From Asterias rubens (taxonomy: Eukaryota): a DNA stretch of 64,000 bases. Below, piece by piece: positions 60,901 through 64,000 of the stretch. The stretch spans positions 1,550,001-1,614,000 of the forward strand of contig NC_047062.1 in the NCBI RefSeq assembly GCF_902459465.1, written 5' to 3'. The translations under genes and the position numbers were made by a program. The notes under the pieces are model-generated. The model had not been told where the DNA came from, did not search any database, and saw only the letters and a list, made by a program, of their open reading frames with translations. Position 1 is the first letter of the stretch. Every line of letters starts with the position of its first letter.

Positions 60901-63727
60901 ACATTACAGAAAAGTGCTATTACAGAAAAAGGCCAGAATAATACATCCTTTTTGTCTGCACTAACTCACACCTGTTATCTCCATGTAATTCCTTTTGCAC
61001 ACGGTGGATCATAATCTTGTCATTTGATCAAGAACAAACAAGGGTCCAATTTTATAGCTCTGCTTCCTGTAAGCAAAGAATTGGTGCTTCAGACAGCAAA
61101 TTCCGTGCTTACGTCAAGCGTATTTAACAGATAAGTTGGGAATTTTCGGCTTGTGTGCACTGTATGTGTACTCCATGTAACTAGGCATTCTTCGCTCACA
61201 CAGATAGCACAGAAAATCGGTGCTTGTCCTCTAAGCTAAGAATGTTGATTGAAAGCGCAGGATTCGGTGCTTGACCTGTAAGTGAAGAATAGTGATCTAC
61301 TAACGCAGAATTCGACGGTAACCAGAGCCCAGAAACTGGGCCCAGTCGTATGAGTACTTACTGGTGGACTGTTGGCGCATCCAATACTGGTACAAGCTCC
61401 TAAGACGTAGGTGTAGTGCTGGTAAGGCTGGATGCCTTGACTATCTTCAAGTGATGTGGCAAGACCTCTGAAGATCTCAATGCTATCACGTCGCAGGATG
61501 TACGTCGTTATAACGCCTGTAGAATCAGAGAGATGTAATGAATCACTTATTGAGTCTGACTGTGAAGCTATATGGAGACATCTTGACATACGTTAATGTT
61601 AATATAAATTTTCTGTTTGTTTTATTTTACAATTTGGAAAAGCTGGCGGTTTCTATGAGAGTAGTTTGGTGTTTGACTGAAATTCTTGCAATATTTCCAA
61701 TGTTTTATTTTTCCCAAAATAATGGTGATCCTCTCTTTGTACGGCTTAAGATCTGTGAACATTTGCAACTAGCAATCATGGACATTTTGTGGAACAGTCA
61801 GGGAGATATTTAGAATCTCATTAAACATAACAGGGAGAAAATGTTTGGTTTATTTTCAGGGGAGTTTATGTAGAATTTCGCAGGGAGAGTTTCAAGCTTT
61901 AGAAAGAGGACTATCTGTCTACATTTCACTGATATTTTTAAATGTTTATCATTACCTTGGATTGGTCGAGTTGGTCTTTGAAAAACGTTTGTAACCGTTT
62001 GTTATAAAAAGCATATGGTTAGAAAGATGATTTAAAAGTAGAACACAATGATCCACACAAATTTGCCTCAAAATTGCGTGGTTTTCTTTTACTTTGCGAA
62101 CTAACATGGTCGGCCATTTGACTCCCATAAATGTCCAACCGTGTTAGTCGACGAGGTAACAGGAAAACTACGCAACTTCGAGTGATACTTGTGTGGATCA
62201 ATATATTCTGCTTTTAAAAATATCTTTCTAATCATATGCATTTTATAACAAACTGTGACAAATGCTTTTCAAAGACCAACTCGACCGATCCAAGGCATCG
62301 TGTTCCTTTAACATATTTTTGTTTGACTGAAATGTTTGCAATATCTTCTGTTTTACTGTTGTCTATATGTTACTGTTATTTTAAACTGTTTACCATTTGG
62401 AAAAGCTGGTGGTGTCCAAGTCAGTACGATGGTGTCCAGTACCCCAGCCGCTACCCTCCACTCTGGTGACGCTACATCTCTTGGTATATCCTCATTGGTC
62501 AGCCCATTACTGTACTCGCTAGTTGCACTACCAACACTATTATGAGCTGTGATGGCGTACTCATAGACTGTATACGGTATCAAACCCTCATCTGTTGGTC
62601 AAACATTTAATATAGAGTTATAACAAATCACAACTATCCAAGCAGCTACTTCACGGTGCTCTAATATCAAATAACAAGTAAACAATTATTAAAGGCAGTG
62701 GACACTTTTGGTAATTACTCAAAATAATTATTAGCATAAAACCTTTCTTGGGGACGAGTAATGGGGAGAGGTTGATGTTATAAACCGCTGTGAGAAAAGG
62801 CTTTCTCTGAAGTGCCATAGTTTTCGAGTAAGAAGTAATTTTCCACGAATTTGATTTCGAGACCTCAGATTTAGAACTTGAGGTCTCGAACGCACACAAA
62901 TCTGAGTGACAAGGGTGTTTTCTTCTTTCATTATTATCTCACAACTTTGATGACCGATTGAGCTCAAATTTTCACAGGTTAGTTATTTTATGCATATGTT
63001 GAGATACACCAACTGGATGTGAGGCTAGTCTTTTACAATTACAAATAGTGTCCACTGCCTTTAAAGGAAATGAACCCCAAAAAAGAGAGCATAATATTTA
63101 GTTCTTGTAAGTGCTATACCTCACTGGGATGTCTTAAAGTGCTCACAATTTGTTTTCCTTCAAGGTATGCAAGCTATGTTTGAAATATAAGACCCTTTAT
63201 TTTAGCACCATGTATGGTTTACAAGGTGCTGTGTGTGACGCATTCTGAAGCCTACCATACCAGAGAGCACTTTCCATGTAACCCCTTCTCATTTGATTGG
63301 ATTGGATTGGATTGGATTTGATTTGATTTATCTGGCTTTGAAGCCAAGGACTCTTAGAAAAGAGAACTGTACTAGCCAAGAAACCAAAATAAAGAGAAGA
63401 CAATGAGTCTAAGATGTACATGTAGGAGGAAAAGCCCACATAATAAAGCCTTATAATCCCTACAGGGAAAATTTGTATCCATAATCATCACCTTTCTTGT
63501 AATCATGCCAAAGAGAGAAGAATACACCCTACCTCTGTTGGACACACTCTGACTACAGTTACTCACCTAAGTAAGTATAAGTATTAGGTCCAGCGATTGT
63601 GATACTTTCCAAGGCGGAGAGGCAGATATTATCCACTCCAGTATTAGAGCCAGAGGGAGGCAGAGGGGCTGTCACAAACTGTGCATCGATCCTGGCGCAT
63701 ACATGAGTGTTCTTGTCAAAGTCACAC
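45968..63727 (-). CDS. USH2A: Usherin (USH2A), C-terminal ~1776 aa: FN3 array, TM helix and cytoplasmic tail; the 5' part lies beyond the window
   Basis: Exons in transcript order: 63727-63567, 62591-62394, 61516-61362, 60735-60534, 59331-59224, 58278-55127, 54406-54287, 52870-52635, 52368-52151, 51249-51064, 49750-49676, 48905-48670, 47578-47381 (or 47366), 46054-45968 (TAA). All are GT-AG and in phase. It shows usherin-type FN3 repeats (PNG..Y, ACT.GGC), the TM segment WYSSVWFIAIMVLIGVV, juxtamembrane KPYERERRPL and the terminus KEQTMFTDTHL*, which matches vertebrate ERTTFTDTHL*. Confidence 0.96.
50286..51063. repeat. 85-bp minisatellite, 9 full units plus a partial unit, with a degenerate unit at about 50100
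   Basis: Unit starts (aatat[g/t]g) at 50286, 50371, 50456, 50541, 50626, 50711, 50796, 50881, 50966 and 51051. Confidence 0.95.
55127..58278 (-). CDS. USH2A: USH2A giant internal exon (3152 bp, about 11 FN3 domains)
   Basis: Covered by ORF 55088-58264. Acceptor tttctttcag|GC at 58278 and donor CCACAA|gtaagc at 55127. Confidence 0.95.
60783..60985. repeat. Local ~60-bp direct duplication in an USH2A intron
   Basis: agaaaaggccagaataata.atcctttttgtctgcactaactcacacctgttatctcca at about 60783 and 60926. Confidence 0.8.
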
Positions 63728-64000
63728 CTGTTTAGTTACATAAGGACATCACATGAATCTCAAACAATAGATGTTATGCACATGATGTTAATTGAGTAGG
63801 GCGTGTTTTGTTATACCATGGTAACATTATTATTCCTCTTCTTAAAGGTTTGTTGTCATCTTGAAACATTATTCATAAATACCTAAGACAGTTTTTATCC
63901 ATTCTGATTGATCGAGAGAACATCACGCGGGGGTGTTTAAGCGGGTGGCATAACGCCAGTAAAAAGTTTACAAACATGGGCGTGACACGCGAGCTTGCAC

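Noticed and set aside
413-63727. U12-type or other non-canonical introns
   Set aside because: All reconstructed introns are GT-AG and none has the RTATCCTT donor signature.

Overview
Eukaryotic, AT-rich, intron-rich genomic DNA. It is probably an invertebrate deuterostome such as an echinoderm; this is inferred from gene content and repeat types and is not proven. Four protein-coding genes can be reconstructed by hand, with GT-AG introns and consistent reading phases. (1) The 3' half of CPSF2/CPSF100 (+, 10 exons, 413-10182). (2) An intronless classical short-chain dehydrogenase/reductase (-, 13863-14693). (3) A complete KCTD3/SHKBP1-family BTB-WD40 gene (+, 16 exons, 18328-35672, 681 aa). 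(4) The 3' part of usherin USH2A (-, 14 exons, 45968-63727), including a 3152-bp exon, the TM helix and the C-terminal DTHL PDZ-binding motif. Introns and intergenic DNA are dense with TTAA-flanked MITEs, tRNA-derived SINEs, and RTE, L2 and R4/Dong LINE fragments, often nested. The most notable observations are: degenerate minimal hammerhead-ribozyme motifs of the Penelope type, one in an inverted pair and one split by an RTE insertion; a 258-bp tRNA-derived multi-hairpin repeat found in tandem and head-to-head; two R4/Dong insertions stacked in one (TAA)n tract; an 85-bp minisatellite overlapping an USH2A splice donor whose internal copies lack the GT; an RRRR furin-like site in the usherin ectodomain; and an intronless SDR with possibly non-metazoan-like motifs. 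No CRISPR, rRNA or intact tRNA genes were found, and no intact ribozyme copy was found.
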